Positions 39,103 through 49,196 of a stretch of 64,000 bases of DNA are shown here, piece after piece (position 1 is the stretch's first letter; each line of letters starts with the position of its first letter). Made by a program: the position numbers and the translations under genes. Origin of the DNA: Candidatus Latescibacterota bacterium (lineage in GTDB: Bacteria; Latescibacterota; UBA2968). The notes beneath the pieces were generated by a model that saw nothing but the letters and a program-made list of their open reading frames with translations, was not told the origin of the DNA and did no database searches. The stretch lies in contig OZ241986.1 of assembly GCA_965204375.1 (NCBI GenBank), positions 5,280,001 to 5,344,000 on the forward strand. The letters run 5' to 3'.

Positions 39103-40670
39103 CCATTAACGACAAGCCATTCTTTGAAAAGAGCAACCTGAATTTGGTAATATTGCCCCTGATCGTGTTTAACGACATCTCGTTTCACGAGATCGTCCAG
39201 AATTTTATCAACGCGTAAACAGGTTTCGCAGTCAATTTTATCCCGATGACAGGGCCCTGTCCTGCTATTGGCGGCAATGGCCTTGAGGACTTTTAATGCA
39301 TCGTCATCTGAGATAGCATCCGTTGATGTATCTCCCGAATTAATGAGGTTATCAAACTTGTCTAAACCAAACGCATTTACACCCTGTATCAGTTCATTTT
39401 TAACCTGCTCTACATCCGCCTCTGTTACCAGTTCGGCATGTTTAAGATTCATATATTCAACCAGACGGTTGCATAAGATTTGAATGTAGAATGGACTGCC
39501 CGCGGTGAGATCTAAAATCCGTTCAATTGCTTGCTCTCGGTAACGACTTTCACCCTGTCTGCCACCTATACGAATGGGATCTTCGATGAGTTTAGTAGCG
39601 TCTTGTTTGTTGAGATAGGTGACGCGTTCATCCTGTGTTGTGCCAAACTCGTTGGGGAAATGTTCCTTGAACTTTGGCATCACATCCTGACCCACCAAAA
39701 CAGCACTGAAATAGTTTGCTTGCAACAAAGCTTTCCAGTTTTGCATGAATGCTTCGTGAATTTTACCAGCAACGATTCGGTCGTAAATATACTGGAATTC
39801 ATCTATCAAGAGCACAACCCTTACACCACGCCAATCCTCTTGTCTAGAGACGAGGCGATTTAGGGTTTTAAAAGTGTCTTGAAAGCATTGTAGCGGGGCG
39901 GGATGATTATAGAAATCAAGATCATCGGGTATAGAGAGGTCCAATGAACTAAAATCATCAGCAGATCGATCTTCAATCGCGTATTCTAACTCTGTTAAAA
40001 TGCGCTTGAGAATCTGGTATAGGATAGGGACTTCGGAATCCGGATCCTGAATCGTCCCAATGTTTCCCAGATCAAGGATAAGTAGCTCATTATCTTTTTG
40101 GAGTAACGTCTTCAGGTGATACAAAACCGAAGACTTACCAGATCGTTTTTGTCCAAATACTATGACACACTTGCTCTGCAAGCGAGATTCTTGAATAGTC
40201 TGTGCAATGTTTTGGATTAATTCATCACGTCCAAAAAACATGGCTGGATCGCCGACAATTCCCCCTTCGGCATAGGCAGCATAAGGGTTTTTAATCGTCT
40301 CAAAATCATCTTGGGGATAGAGGCGAATTGAGAGATTTTCGACCTGCGTTTCTTCTTGTTCATCTGCACGGGTACGATACCGGGCATATTTGGGTTTTTC
40401 CTCATCAGTTGATGTATTTGAACTGACTGGAACCGGATCTTCACTTTGTCCATTTTGCGGAGTCTCTGTCAAAGACTGCCAATAGATAACCCGCTCAATG
40501 GGTATCACGGTTGGAGACTGGTTTTCCTTGACTTCAATTTTGATATGCCTCCGCCCAATTTCTACGAGTTTGCCCGAGATGTCGATGCTACCTTGAAGAG
40601 AAAATTTGACTTGGCTTTCAAGGGGAACCTGTTCCTGTATTAATCGAGCATTCATATTTTCTCCCATCAT
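39099..40670 (-). CDS. STAND-like ATPase with a short N-terminal Sm-like domain
   Basis: NPY...FFGR, GQKRSGKSS, LLIDEFQ and GSPFYIQ; stop overlaps the next ATG (ATGA). Confidence 0.8.
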   Translation of the reverse strand: MMGENMNARLIQEQVPLESQVKFSLQGSIDISGKLVEIGRRHIKIEVKENQSPTVIPIERVIYWQSLTETPQNGQSEDPVPVSSNTSTDEEKPKYARYRTRADEQEETQVENLSIRLYPQDDFETIKNPYAAYAEGGIVGDPAMFFGRDELIQNIAQTIQESRLQSKCVIVFGQKRSGKSSVLYHLKTLLQKDNELLILDLGNIGTIQDPDSEVPILYQILKRILTELEYAIEDRSADDFSSLDLSIPDDLDFYNHPAPLQCFQDTFKTLNRLVSRQEDWRGVRVVLLIDEFQYIYDRIVAGKIHEAFMQNWKALLQANYFSAVLVGQDVMPKFKEHFPNEFGTTQDERVTYLNKQDATKLIEDPIRIGGRQGESRYREQAIERILDLTAGSPFYIQILCNRLVEYMNLKHAELVTEADVEQVKNELIQGVNAFGLDKFDNLINSGDTSTDAISDDDALKVLKAIAANSRTGPCHRDKIDCETCLRVDKILDDLVKRDVVKHDQGQYYQIQVALFKEWLVVNG

Positions 40671-40749
40671 CTACTGCTATCATGGATGCTTTGACCTTCA
40701 TGATACTCAAAGCAACGCAAACTGTCACGCATATTTTGTAATTTCAGAC

Positions 40750-41310
40750 CTAAAATTCGAAAGTCTGTGCGATCCTTTTTGCAGTTTCCGAGGCTGTTAA
40801 TCTGGTATTATTAATTTTTACGTAATTTTGTGTGTAAAAGAAATCGTCATTTGAATTCAGTTTGTAATTCTGATCACTCTTGAGCAGATTTTTTTTCGAC
40901 GCTTCAATATCGCGTTTTGAAGGTTTCTGTTTTAGTCTTAATGGAGATGCGTTTCGCTTGAGGCGCTCTTCTTGATCTGCTTCGAGTTCGACGAAATAGA
41001 TTACCCCTCCTTTTGCTCGAAAAATATCGCAGCATTGGTCTATAAAGTTTTTGTCCGATGGATGGTCGAGTGCCCAGACATAGGTGAAGATCAGGCCCGG
41101 TAAATTACTGTTTGCGACTTCCTCAAAAATGCGTCGTCGAAATTCGTTTACTAACCGGCGAAATTCAGGCTGACCAAAATCAAAAAAATTAAGCGCGATT
41201 TCAATGGTCATATGATTGTGAAAGACCTTCAAGCCCGTGAGTTTCGCCAGTTCATACCCCACAGTCATTTTTCCGACAGCAGGGGGTCCGAATACAATTA
41301 CGAGTTTCAT
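40750..41310 (-). CDS. P-loop kinase-like AAA family protein
   Basis: MKLVIVFGPPAVGKMT and FVELEAD..ERLKRN motifs. Confidence 0.82.
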   Translation of the reverse strand: MKLVIVFGPPAVGKMTVGYELAKLTGLKVFHNHMTIEIALNFFDFGQPEFRRLVNEFRRRIFEEVANSNLPGLIFTYVWALDHPSDKNFIDQCCDIFRAKGGVIYFVELEADQEERLKRNASPLRLKQKPSKRDIEASKKNLLKSDQNYKLNSNDDFFYTQNYVKINNTRLTASETAKRIAQTFEF

Positions 41311-41321
41311 GGGATTATTCA

Positions 41322-42296
41322 CTATAGAAGTTCCGAGAGGGTTATGCGGCGGTTTTCTTGCATTGATCGTTCGGCTGCGAGACCGATCAGCGCGGCGTTG
41401 ATGGCGGTGCGGGCGTCGGTTTGCCAGTTGCCATTGTTGATGTCGTTGAGGAATTGGGTTTGGATTGTGATGTCCGATGGTTCGGTTGCGGGCAGGTCGT
41501 GTTCGCCTGATTTTGTCGATAGGCACCAGCCATCGCTTCTGTTGATGAGTGTCCCGCCTGTCATGACAATACGACGATATTCTTCGGCATTGGAAATTTC
41601 AATGCCTCCGGCCCAGTTCCACTGACCAATACCGCCGTTTTCAAAACCGACTGTGACGGAATTTGCAAAGCTGTCGTAGGTGCTGTCATCGCGCAGATTT
41701 TCGTAGTGGGCTGCAGCTTCAACCCAGGTGGCGGGACCAAAACAATCGACGAGGGGATAGATGTTATAGACAAAAAAGAGGGCTGGTGGACCCGATATGG
41801 AAATATTAAAGAGGATTTCAGGGCGTTGACCTCGGCCCGGGGTGAGGCGAGTGAATAGTGCGGTTATGAGATTTCCCGTTTGAGCTGTTTGTCGTTTGAG
41901 TGCCCGGTGAGATGGCGAGAGTACTTCGTTGTGGCCCACGCGGAGGACGCAAGACGAGTGGTCGATTCTGGAAAGCAATTGCCGCGCTTCATCGATATTG
42001 CGCGCCGCGGGATATTCGGTAAAAACGTGTTTGTTTGCATCGAGCGCAGCAAGGGCGATTTCACTGTGGGTGTCGTTGTAGGTGCATATTGCGATGGCGT
42101 CAATGTCGTCGCGTTTGAGTATGTCCCGATAGGTCGGCAAGTAATCTATACCGTGCTTGTTGGCGAGTGCTGGCCCGGTTTCTATGTTTCGCGCAGCAAT
42201 GGCAATGAGTTCAAATCCTTCGGTTTGGGAAAAATGCTGGGTGTGGCGACTCGCCATACCGCCTGAGCCGATGATGCCAATGCGAATGTCGTTCAT
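41322..42296 (-). CDS. Gfo/Idh/MocA family oxidoreductase
   Basis: IGIIGSGG, DIDAIAICT and KHVFTEYP motifs; start at MNDIRIG. Confidence 0.88.
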   Translation of the reverse strand: MNDIRIGIIGSGGMASRHTQHFSQTEGFELIAIAARNIETGPALANKHGIDYLPTYRDILKRDDIDAIAICTYNDTHSEIALAALDANKHVFTEYPAARNIDEARQLLSRIDHSSCVLRVGHNEVLSPSHRALKRQTAQTGNLITALFTRLTPGRGQRPEILFNISISGPPALFFVYNIYPLVDCFGPATWVEAAAHYENLRDDSTYDSFANSVTVGFENGGIGQWNWAGGIEISNAEEYRRIVMTGGTLINRSDGWCLSTKSGEHDLPATEPSDITIQTQFLNDINNGNWQTDARTAINAALIGLAAERSMQENRRITLSELL

Positions 42297-42308
42297 TTTT
42301 TCTCCATT

Positions 42309-42345
42309 AAAAAAAGAGTCCGCGAGGTGCTTGCGGACTCTTTTT
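42309..42345 (-). terminator. Intrinsic terminator after korB
   Basis: AAAAAGAGTCCGC...GCGGACTCTTTTT hairpin with T tails on both strands. Confidence 0.75.
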
Positions 42346-42366
42346 GCGCTGTGATGTTGACGCGCG

Positions 42367-43908
42367 TTAGTTGGGCGATATGTCGTCTGAGAAGAGTCCG
42401 CCAGTGAACTTGAGCATGACTTTGAAGGATGCCAGGCCCACGGGACGCCCATCGGGATCTACAATGGGTATGTGGCGGAAGCCGTGCAGAGACATCAGGT
42501 GCAGGAGGTGACCGATGGGATCAGATGTTTTCAATGCGGTGGGGTCTTTGGTCATCAGGCTATCGACCGTTATTTTTGTCAGGTCTATATCGCGCCCGGC
42601 AACTTTTTCAAAGAGATCGCCCTGTGCGAATATGCCGCGCAATAAGCCCTGTTTGTCAACGACCAGCAAACACCCCAGATTTTTGCTGCGCATGGTCTCG
42701 ACGGCATCGGCTACCGAAGTGTCGGCGGATACGCATTCGGGGGCTGGCAGATCGAGCGATGAGATCGGATCGTAGAGCAGTTGCTGAAGCGCGGTGCGCG
42801 GTGCCATGGGGTCTTCTTGTTCGATATCGGGAATGATATTCGATGTGGGCAATTCTTCGTGGACTTCTTGCACGGTTTCAGCGTCGGGACCTTCGGGAAC
42901 AATCCAGGTGTCTGTCGCGTGATACAGGGCATTGAGATCGCCTGCGCCGCGTTCTTCAACCGCCTGACGGCCCTGTGCGATGACTTGGTCTTCATAAATT
43001 GGACGTTCGACACAGCGAAATACACCGAGTGGCACGGGATAGTCCGGATGCGTGAGGCGGCTGAGCAAATACGCATGGGCTGGATTGTCCAGGGTTTCGT
43101 CGTGTGTGAGCAAGTCGCTTTCCGATACGCCATTGCCCAGGGTTACGACTTCGGGCGCGAGCTTATTGACGCGGATGCCTTTGTCGCGGTCTTTGCCAAA
43201 AATGATGGGTTGGCCGTGTTCGAGGATCACGGTCTGATCGTCTTTGACATCTGCCTCAGTGGCAAAAAAGAAGGCACCGTCGTTGTAGATGTTGCAGTTC
43301 TGGTAAATTTCGACAAAGGATGTGCCGCGGTGTTCGGTGGCGCGTTTGAGGATCTCGGCCATGTGCTTGGTGTTGCGGTCAACGCTGCGGGCGACAAAGG
43401 TGGCTTCGGCTGCCAGGGCAACGGAGATGGCATTGAAGTCCTGTTCCACAGAGCCCATGGGCGACGAATAGGTGCGTGTGCCCGGCGGCGATGTGGGTGA
43501 GTATTGTCCTTTGGTGAGGCCGTAGATCGCATTGTTGAAGAGTATGATGTTGAGATCGACATTGCGACGCAGCACATGCAACAGGTGATTGCCGCCTATG
43601 GATAGGCTGTCGCCATCGCCGGTGATTACCCATACGTGCAGGTCGGGATTGGCTACTTTGAGGCCAGTCGCCACGGTTGCCGCACGACCGTGAATGGTGT
43701 GCAGACCGTACGTGTTCATGTAATAGGGGAAGCGGCTGGAGCAACCGATGCCCGATATAAAGACCATATCTTCTCGCGCAATGCCCATTTCGGGCAACAC
43801 GCGTTGCATCTGTGCAAGGATGGCGTAATCACCACAACCGGGGCACCAGCGCACTTCCTGGTCGGATACGAAGTCTTTTCGCGTCAGTGTTTCAATAGCG
43901 TCTGCCAT
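42367..43908 (-). CDS. korB: 2-oxoacid:ferredoxin oxidoreductase beta subunit fused to a C-terminal CBS pair
   Basis: WCPGCGD, SGIGCSSR, GDGD..SIGGNH and YGLTKGQYSPT motifs; C-terminal CBS (LLVVD..G.LRGIF, RHIPIVD). Confidence 0.9.
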   Translation of the reverse strand: MADAIETLTRKDFVSDQEVRWCPGCGDYAILAQMQRVLPEMGIAREDMVFISGIGCSSRFPYYMNTYGLHTIHGRAATVATGLKVANPDLHVWVITGDGDSLSIGGNHLLHVLRRNVDLNIILFNNAIYGLTKGQYSPTSPPGTRTYSSPMGSVEQDFNAISVALAAEATFVARSVDRNTKHMAEILKRATEHRGTSFVEIYQNCNIYNDGAFFFATEADVKDDQTVILEHGQPIIFGKDRDKGIRVNKLAPEVVTLGNGVSESDLLTHDETLDNPAHAYLLSRLTHPDYPVPLGVFRCVERPIYEDQVIAQGRQAVEERGAGDLNALYHATDTWIVPEGPDAETVQEVHEELPTSNIIPDIEQEDPMAPRTALQQLLYDPISSLDLPAPECVSADTSVADAVETMRSKNLGCLLVVDKQGLLRGIFAQGDLFEKVAGRDIDLTKITVDSLMTKDPTALKTSDPIGHLLHLMSLHGFRHIPIVDPDGRPVGLASFKVMLKFTGGLFSDDISPN

Positions 43909-43920
43909 GTTTGGATTCCT

Positions 43921-45813
43921 CTATAACGATGCGCTCTTTGGAGCACCCAGTATTTCGGCAATTTTGCCGGAGAGTTCTGTAATTTTGAAGGGCAATCCCT
44001 GAACTTTATTGAAGGGAACGATGACCTGTGAGGGATATTTGGCCTGGAGCAGCAAAGACAACTGTCCCATGTTGAGTTCGGGCACGAGTATGGTTTTGTA
44101 ACTCGATAGTATCGCACCCAGATTTTTGGGGAATGGGTTGAGGTAGCGCAGATGCGCCGCGGCAACCGAATAGCCTTGCTGTCGCATTCGGCGCACTGCC
44201 GAACGGATCGCACCATAAGTACATCCCCAGCCGAGGACGAGCAAATCGCCCGATTTGGGACCCATGACGTGCTGGAGTGGAATGCGGTCGGCGATGCGCG
44301 CCAGGCGTTCGGCGCGTATGTTCGCCATGTGCTGGTTGTCATCCGGGTCGTAGGATACATTGCCTGTACCGTCTTCTTTGCCCAGTCCACCAAGTCTGTG
44401 TTCAAGGCCCGGTGTGCCCGGCAATACCCAGGGGCGAGAGAGCGTTTTTGGATCGCGCAGATAGGGCAAGAAGCCCTCGGGATCGGTTCTGTGCTCGGTC
44501 TGTATGGTCGGAATATCATCCGGATCGGGAATTTTCCACGGTTCAGCGCTGGTGTTGAGATATCCATCGGAGAGGAAAATGACCGGGCTCATGGTTTCAA
44601 CGGCGATGCGGAACGCTTCGATGACCATGTCAAAGCAGTCTGAGGGCGTGGCCGGTGAGACAATGGGGATGGGACTGTCGCCATTGCGACCAAACATGCA
44701 TTGGAGCAGGTCCGATTGTTCTGTTTTGGTGGGCATGCCGGTGCTGGGACCACCGCGCTGAAAATCGCAGATAACGAGGGGCAATTCCATCATCAGAGCG
44801 AGGTTCATGGCTTCGCTTTTCAGTGCGATGCCGGGGCCACTGGTGCCCGTGGCGGCAAACGCGCCTCCAAAAGCAGCGCCAATGACTGAGCCCAATGCGG
44901 AAATTTCATCTTCTGCTTGAAAAGTTCGCACGTCAAAATTTTTCAATGCGGCTAATTCTTCGAGTACCGCGCTGGCCGGCGTGATGGGATAGCTGCCGTA
45001 AAAGAGGGTTTTGCCCGCTTTGTGAGCCGCAGTGACCATGCCTATTGCCGTGGCTTGTGTACCCGTGACAGCGCGATAAGTGCCCGGTGCGACGACGGCT
45101 TTTTTGACCTGGTACTGAATCTGAAATTCTTCGACTGTTTCACCAAAGTTGTAGCCGGCTTTCAGGGTGCTGACGTTGCCGTCGATGATTTCGTCTTTGC
45201 CCTGAAATTTCTTTTCGAGCATGCGAATGGTCGGCTCGATCGGGCGATCAAATATCCAGTAGGACAGGCCCAATGCGAAGAAGTTTTTCATCATGTCAAT
45301 CTGGCGATTGCTCAGGCCCTCAACGTGTGCGACAGCTTCTTTGTGTAGCGTGGTGAGGGGCACTTTGACTACGCGGTAATTGGAGAGTTCATTGCCTTCG
45401 AGGGGATCGCCGTCGTATCCGGCTTTGCGCAGGTTGTTGCGCGTGAAGTTGTCTGTGTTGGCAATGACGATGCCGCCGTTTGGAAGGTCGTTGATATTGG
45501 CTTTGAGTGCAGCCGGGTTCATCGCCACGAGGACTTGGGGTTCATCGCCGGGTGTGTATATTTCTTCGCTGGATATGTGGATTTGAAATCCGCTAACGCC
45601 GGGCAATGTGCCGGCAGGCGCGCGGATTTCAGCGGGAAAGTCCGGCAGGGTACTGATGTCATTGCCGACGATTGCCGAGGTGTTGGCAAATTCTTTGCCG
45701 ATGAGCTGACTGCCATCGCCGGAATCACCTGCAAAGCGAATGGCAATCGATTCGATTTCGGACAGTTCAAAAAGTGCCGATTCGGCCGTTTCTTCGATGT
45801 CTATTTCGGCCAT
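43921..45813 (-). CDS. korA: 2-oxoacid:acceptor oxidoreductase alpha subunit (gamma-alpha fusion)
   Basis: AGDSGDG, PAEIRAP, YPITPAS, QAEDEI, QRGGPSTGMPTK and PELNMGQL motifs. Confidence 0.93.
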   Translation of the reverse strand: MAEIDIEETAESALFELSEIESIAIRFAGDSGDGSQLIGKEFANTSAIVGNDISTLPDFPAEIRAPAGTLPGVSGFQIHISSEEIYTPGDEPQVLVAMNPAALKANINDLPNGGIVIANTDNFTRNNLRKAGYDGDPLEGNELSNYRVVKVPLTTLHKEAVAHVEGLSNRQIDMMKNFFALGLSYWIFDRPIEPTIRMLEKKFQGKDEIIDGNVSTLKAGYNFGETVEEFQIQYQVKKAVVAPGTYRAVTGTQATAIGMVTAAHKAGKTLFYGSYPITPASAVLEELAALKNFDVRTFQAEDEISALGSVIGAAFGGAFAATGTSGPGIALKSEAMNLALMMELPLVICDFQRGGPSTGMPTKTEQSDLLQCMFGRNGDSPIPIVSPATPSDCFDMVIEAFRIAVETMSPVIFLSDGYLNTSAEPWKIPDPDDIPTIQTEHRTDPEGFLPYLRDPKTLSRPWVLPGTPGLEHRLGGLGKEDGTGNVSYDPDDNQHMANIRAERLARIADRIPLQHVMGPKSGDLLVLGWGCTYGAIRSAVRRMRQQGYSVAAAHLRYLNPFPKNLGAILSSYKTILVPELNMGQLSLLLQAKYPSQVIVPFNKVQGLPFKITELSGKIAEILGAPKSASL

Positions 45814-45831
45814 AAATCCTCCTGAAGTATT

Positions 45832-46299
45832 TTAGGCACCAGCCCGAGCACTGGCAAAATGGTCGGGGGTTGGCGGTAGGTTGTAGATTTCTTCTGGGAA
45901 GTGATCGCTCATGTATTTGATGATGGCATAGTGTGTCAGTGTGCCCAATACGCGCTCTTCTGCATCTACAACGGGCATGTAGCGGTGGGGCTTGTCGCTC
46001 ATAAATCGGATGGCTTCGATTAGTGTGGTATCCGATTGCAGGGTGAGCGGATCGGGGGTCATGATCGTTTCTATAGGCTCGTTGATTACTTCGGATTGGT
46101 CGATTACACGGCGGGCAATGTCGTGTGCTGTAAAGATGCCGATTAGTTTGCCCTGGTCCATGACCAGCGCGCATTTGCGCTGGCCGGCCTGCATTTTGGC
46201 GATGACCTGACCTACGCGATTGTCTTTTTGCACTTCGACATAAAAAGAGAGATCAACGTGTTTTACTGTGTCGTTGTGGAGGCTGTGATTCAGATTCAT
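45832..46299 (-). CDS. CBS domain protein
   Basis: Two CBS repeats (LIGIFTAHDI, MTPDP, RYMPVVD). Confidence 0.88.
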   Translation of the reverse strand: MNLNHSLHNDTVKHVDLSFYVEVQKDNRVGQVIAKMQAGQRKCALVMDQGKLIGIFTAHDIARRVIDQSEVINEPIETIMTPDPLTLQSDTTLIEAIRFMSDKPHRYMPVVDAEERVLGTLTHYAIIKYMSDHFPEEIYNLPPTPDHFASARAGA

Positions 46300-46529
46300 T
46301 GGGAAGGCTCTTTGGGGAGTTTTATAGGGATTTAGAGCTGTAATTTTAGAGCAATTTAATATAAGGTATTTACATGTGTGTGGCAAGTATTGTTATAGTA
46401 ATATAGCATGGGGAGCAAATTCAATACATCTGTTCAAAAAGGTCGGTTCGGAAATTGTTTGATCTGCGGTTTTTTGCTTCTATATTGCCTGACACTATTT
46501 TTTAAAATTTGTTTTTGCGTGGAGAAGAT

Positions 46530-47708
46530 ATGCTGCGATCCGGGGCTGGACATTCAAATGATGCCGATGGCATGTTCGCTGTTGAGGCCGCTTTGTCTGA
46601 AGCTATGAAGGGGCTGGGCGATGTCGCTGTTGATGCTGCATTTCTTTTTTTGACCTATCACCACATGGGCGATGCTGCTGCTATGGTGGATGTTGTTATC
46701 GATCGGGTGGAGACAGAGGCTGTATTTGGATGCAGTGGCATGGGCGTTTTGACAGATGCCCGAGAGAATGATCGCGAGCCAGGGGTGGCTGTGCTGGTGC
46801 TGGGGGGAGACCATTTTGAGGTGACACCTCTTGTGGCTGAGGGTGACGATGCAGGGGTTCGTATTGGCGAGCAGGTGGTAGCCCGGGGAACAGAGGATGC
46901 CTTGCTGGTGCTTATGTGTGGAATTTACTCCAATCCGGCGGTCTGTCTGGAACAGATTGCCGAGATCGCGGGTGATGTGCCCGTTGTGGGGGGCGTTGCA
47001 TCGGGCAATCCATGGCCGTGGGGATCAGCGTCGCCGCGGACATTGCAATGGTGTGGCCGGTGGATTGGTGAACACGGGGTGGTGGGGGCGTTGCTGACGG
47101 GGGTCAAGGTGGCTACGGGAGTGGCACAAGGTTGCCAGCCGTTTGGACAGGCTTATGCGATTACCAGAGCCGAGGGCAATGTGATTCAGCAGATCGCATT
47201 TGTTCCGGCTATTGATGCGCTGAAGGAGGCGCTCAATACGCTTTCGGCAGAGGAGAGGGCCGATTTGCGCAACAATATTTTTGTGGGTCTGGCGATGGAT
47301 GAGTACGCAACTGAACGGGGGCGAGGCGATTTTTTGATTCGCGGTCTGACGCATATCGACGAGCATTCGGGCGCGATTTCGGTTAATGAACAGGTGTCTG
47401 TGGGGCAGACCATTCAATTTAATCGGCGCACGCCCCATGCGGGGCACGAAGATATGGTGAAGGTGATGCAGGAGTTGCGGGAGTCTGTCGGGCGCCCGTC
47501 CAATACATGTGGTTTGTATTTTAACTGTATGGGACGCGGATTTGGACTTTACGGTCAGCCCGATCACGATGTTCTGGTGATTCGAAAACACCTGGGCGCT
47601 TTTCCGATGGCTGGCTTTTTTGGCAATTCAGAGTTGGCACCTGTGGGCGGGCGCAATTTTGTTCATAGCTATACGGGCGCGCTGGCACTGATTTGGGAGG
47701 CGGAATAG
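46530..47708 (+). CDS. FIST domain signal transduction protein
   Basis: GCSGMG, GGVASG, VAQGCQPFG, CMGRG, GFFGNSE and HSYT motifs. Confidence 0.88.
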   Translation: MLRSGAGHSNDADGMFAVEAALSEAMKGLGDVAVDAAFLFLTYHHMGDAAAMVDVVIDRVETEAVFGCSGMGVLTDARENDREPGVAVLVLGGDHFEVTPLVAEGDDAGVRIGEQVVARGTEDALLVLMCGIYSNPAVCLEQIAEIAGDVPVVGGVASGNPWPWGSASPRTLQWCGRWIGEHGVVGALLTGVKVATGVAQGCQPFGQAYAITRAEGNVIQQIAFVPAIDALKEALNTLSAEERADLRNNIFVGLAMDEYATERGRGDFLIRGLTHIDEHSGAISVNEQVSVGQTIQFNRRTPHAGHEDMVKVMQELRESVGRPSNTCGLYFNCMGRGFGLYGQPDHDVLVIRKHLGAFPMAGFFGNSELAPVGGRNFVHSYTGALALIWEAE

Positions 47709-47714
47709 GTCTCG

Positions 47715-49061
47715 TTATCCGATTCGCCCTGCTTTGGAGCGTCCCCCGCGCCACAGGTCGTACTGGGGGTCTGCGTACTGATCAAAGAAGTTCTGGATGC
47801 GGTTGCGACATTCGTTGATGACTGTTGCGTGGGAGCGGTTCGCCAGGTTGTCGCGTTCTTCCGGGTCTGCCTGCATGTCGTACAGTTCATCCGGGCCATC
47901 TGGATTGCGCCAGGTGTATTTCCAGCGGTCGTTTCGCACCATGCGTGTGTTTTCAAATTCGTGGAATATCTCATTATTCCACGTTATTTCTTCTCCTATA
48001 AGTGCTGAGGCATAACTCGTGCCCGAGAGATTGGGGTTGTCGGCGATCCGCTCCTGTAATCCCAGGTAGTTCAGTACGGATGGGAAGAAATCGTAGTTGC
48101 ATGTTCGCCCTTCAAATACCCCGCCCGCCGGTATCCGCCCGGGCTGGCGGAATATCAGCGGGATGTGAATGGTTTCTTCATAAGTATGAAGGGGTCGGGA
48201 GTGGTCTCCCATGCCCCACATTCCGTGATGTCCGCCGCACCAGCCCTGGTCTGCTGTGAAAATTATCAGGGTGTCTTCTTCCAATCCGTATTCTTTTAAG
48301 GCGTTTGTTATTTCGCCTATCCCATCATCTACGCCGCTGACCGATGCGGCATATCCTCGAATGCTCACCGGGTTGTTGATCATGTCCCGATTGCTGCGTA
48401 GCCACGGATGTACTGGTTCTCTGGGGAAGCTCGGCAGTTCTTTGTCCGCGTAATATTCGGTATGCCGGTTGAGATGTGTTTCCAGCATGCTTTTTCCCAG
48501 GCCATAAGGTCCGTTGTACGCTACGTAGAGGAAGAACGGCTGGTGGTGGTTTTGTTGCAGGAATTCCAGGGCGTGTTCTGTTATGGCTTCGGTTGTGTAT
48601 CGGGGTTCGGTGTAAACCCTGTCCCGCCAGATCCATTCATCGTCGTAAAATGTGGTGGTGTGCCCCTTTGGCCGGGTAAACCAGTATGAGAATCCCTCCT
48701 GGGGCCGCATGCTGTCTCCCAAATGCCATTTTCCGCTCAGTCCGCATACATAGCCCGTATCTGCCATGACGCGGGGGAGGTTTGTAAATTCCCGAATGGT
48801 GCAGTACGCGTCTGGTCCCATCTGTGCGTCTGGTTTTTCTCCGCCGAGGTAACAGTGTACGCCGTGCTGGGATGGGATCAGTCCGGTCATGAATGTGGCG
48901 CGGCTGGGCGAGCAGACCGAGTTGACGCAGTAGGCGTTTGAAAACCGAATTCCTTCTTCTGCAAGTCTGTCGATGTTTGGGGTTTGTATGTCTGGATTGC
49001 CATAGCAGCCCAGGGTCCAGGCCCCCTGGTTGTCGGTCATGATGAATACGACATTAGGCAT
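47715..49061 (-). CDS. Sulfatase (formylglycine-dependent)
   Basis: PNVVFIMTDN, CSPSR, GKWHLG and TADQG motifs. Confidence 0.93.
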   Translation of the reverse strand: MPNVVFIMTDNQGAWTLGCYGNPDIQTPNIDRLAEEGIRFSNAYCVNSVCSPSRATFMTGLIPSQHGVHCYLGGEKPDAQMGPDAYCTIREFTNLPRVMADTGYVCGLSGKWHLGDSMRPQEGFSYWFTRPKGHTTTFYDDEWIWRDRVYTEPRYTTEAITEHALEFLQQNHHQPFFLYVAYNGPYGLGKSMLETHLNRHTEYYADKELPSFPREPVHPWLRSNRDMINNPVSIRGYAASVSGVDDGIGEITNALKEYGLEEDTLIIFTADQGWCGGHHGMWGMGDHSRPLHTYEETIHIPLIFRQPGRIPAGGVFEGRTCNYDFFPSVLNYLGLQERIADNPNLSGTSYASALIGEEITWNNEIFHEFENTRMVRNDRWKYTWRNPDGPDELYDMQADPEERDNLANRSHATVINECRNRIQNFFDQYADPQYDLWRGGRSKAGRIG

Positions 49062-49082
49062 TTTATGGTCCTCTTGTGAAAC

Positions 49083-49126
49083 GGGCGATGCGGTGGGATC
49101 AGACGACCATGTGGGATCGCTCCTAC
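49083..49126 (-). repeat. GTAG-type REP-like palindrome
   Basis: Minus strand GTAGGAGCGATCCCACATGGTCGTC... between two sulfatase genes. Confidence 0.4.
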
Positions 49127-49196
49127 GTACCCCTTCGTGTCTCTTAGTGTCGTGAACTGGTCTGGAATGCGACCAGTTTTACACCGCCCGTGGATC

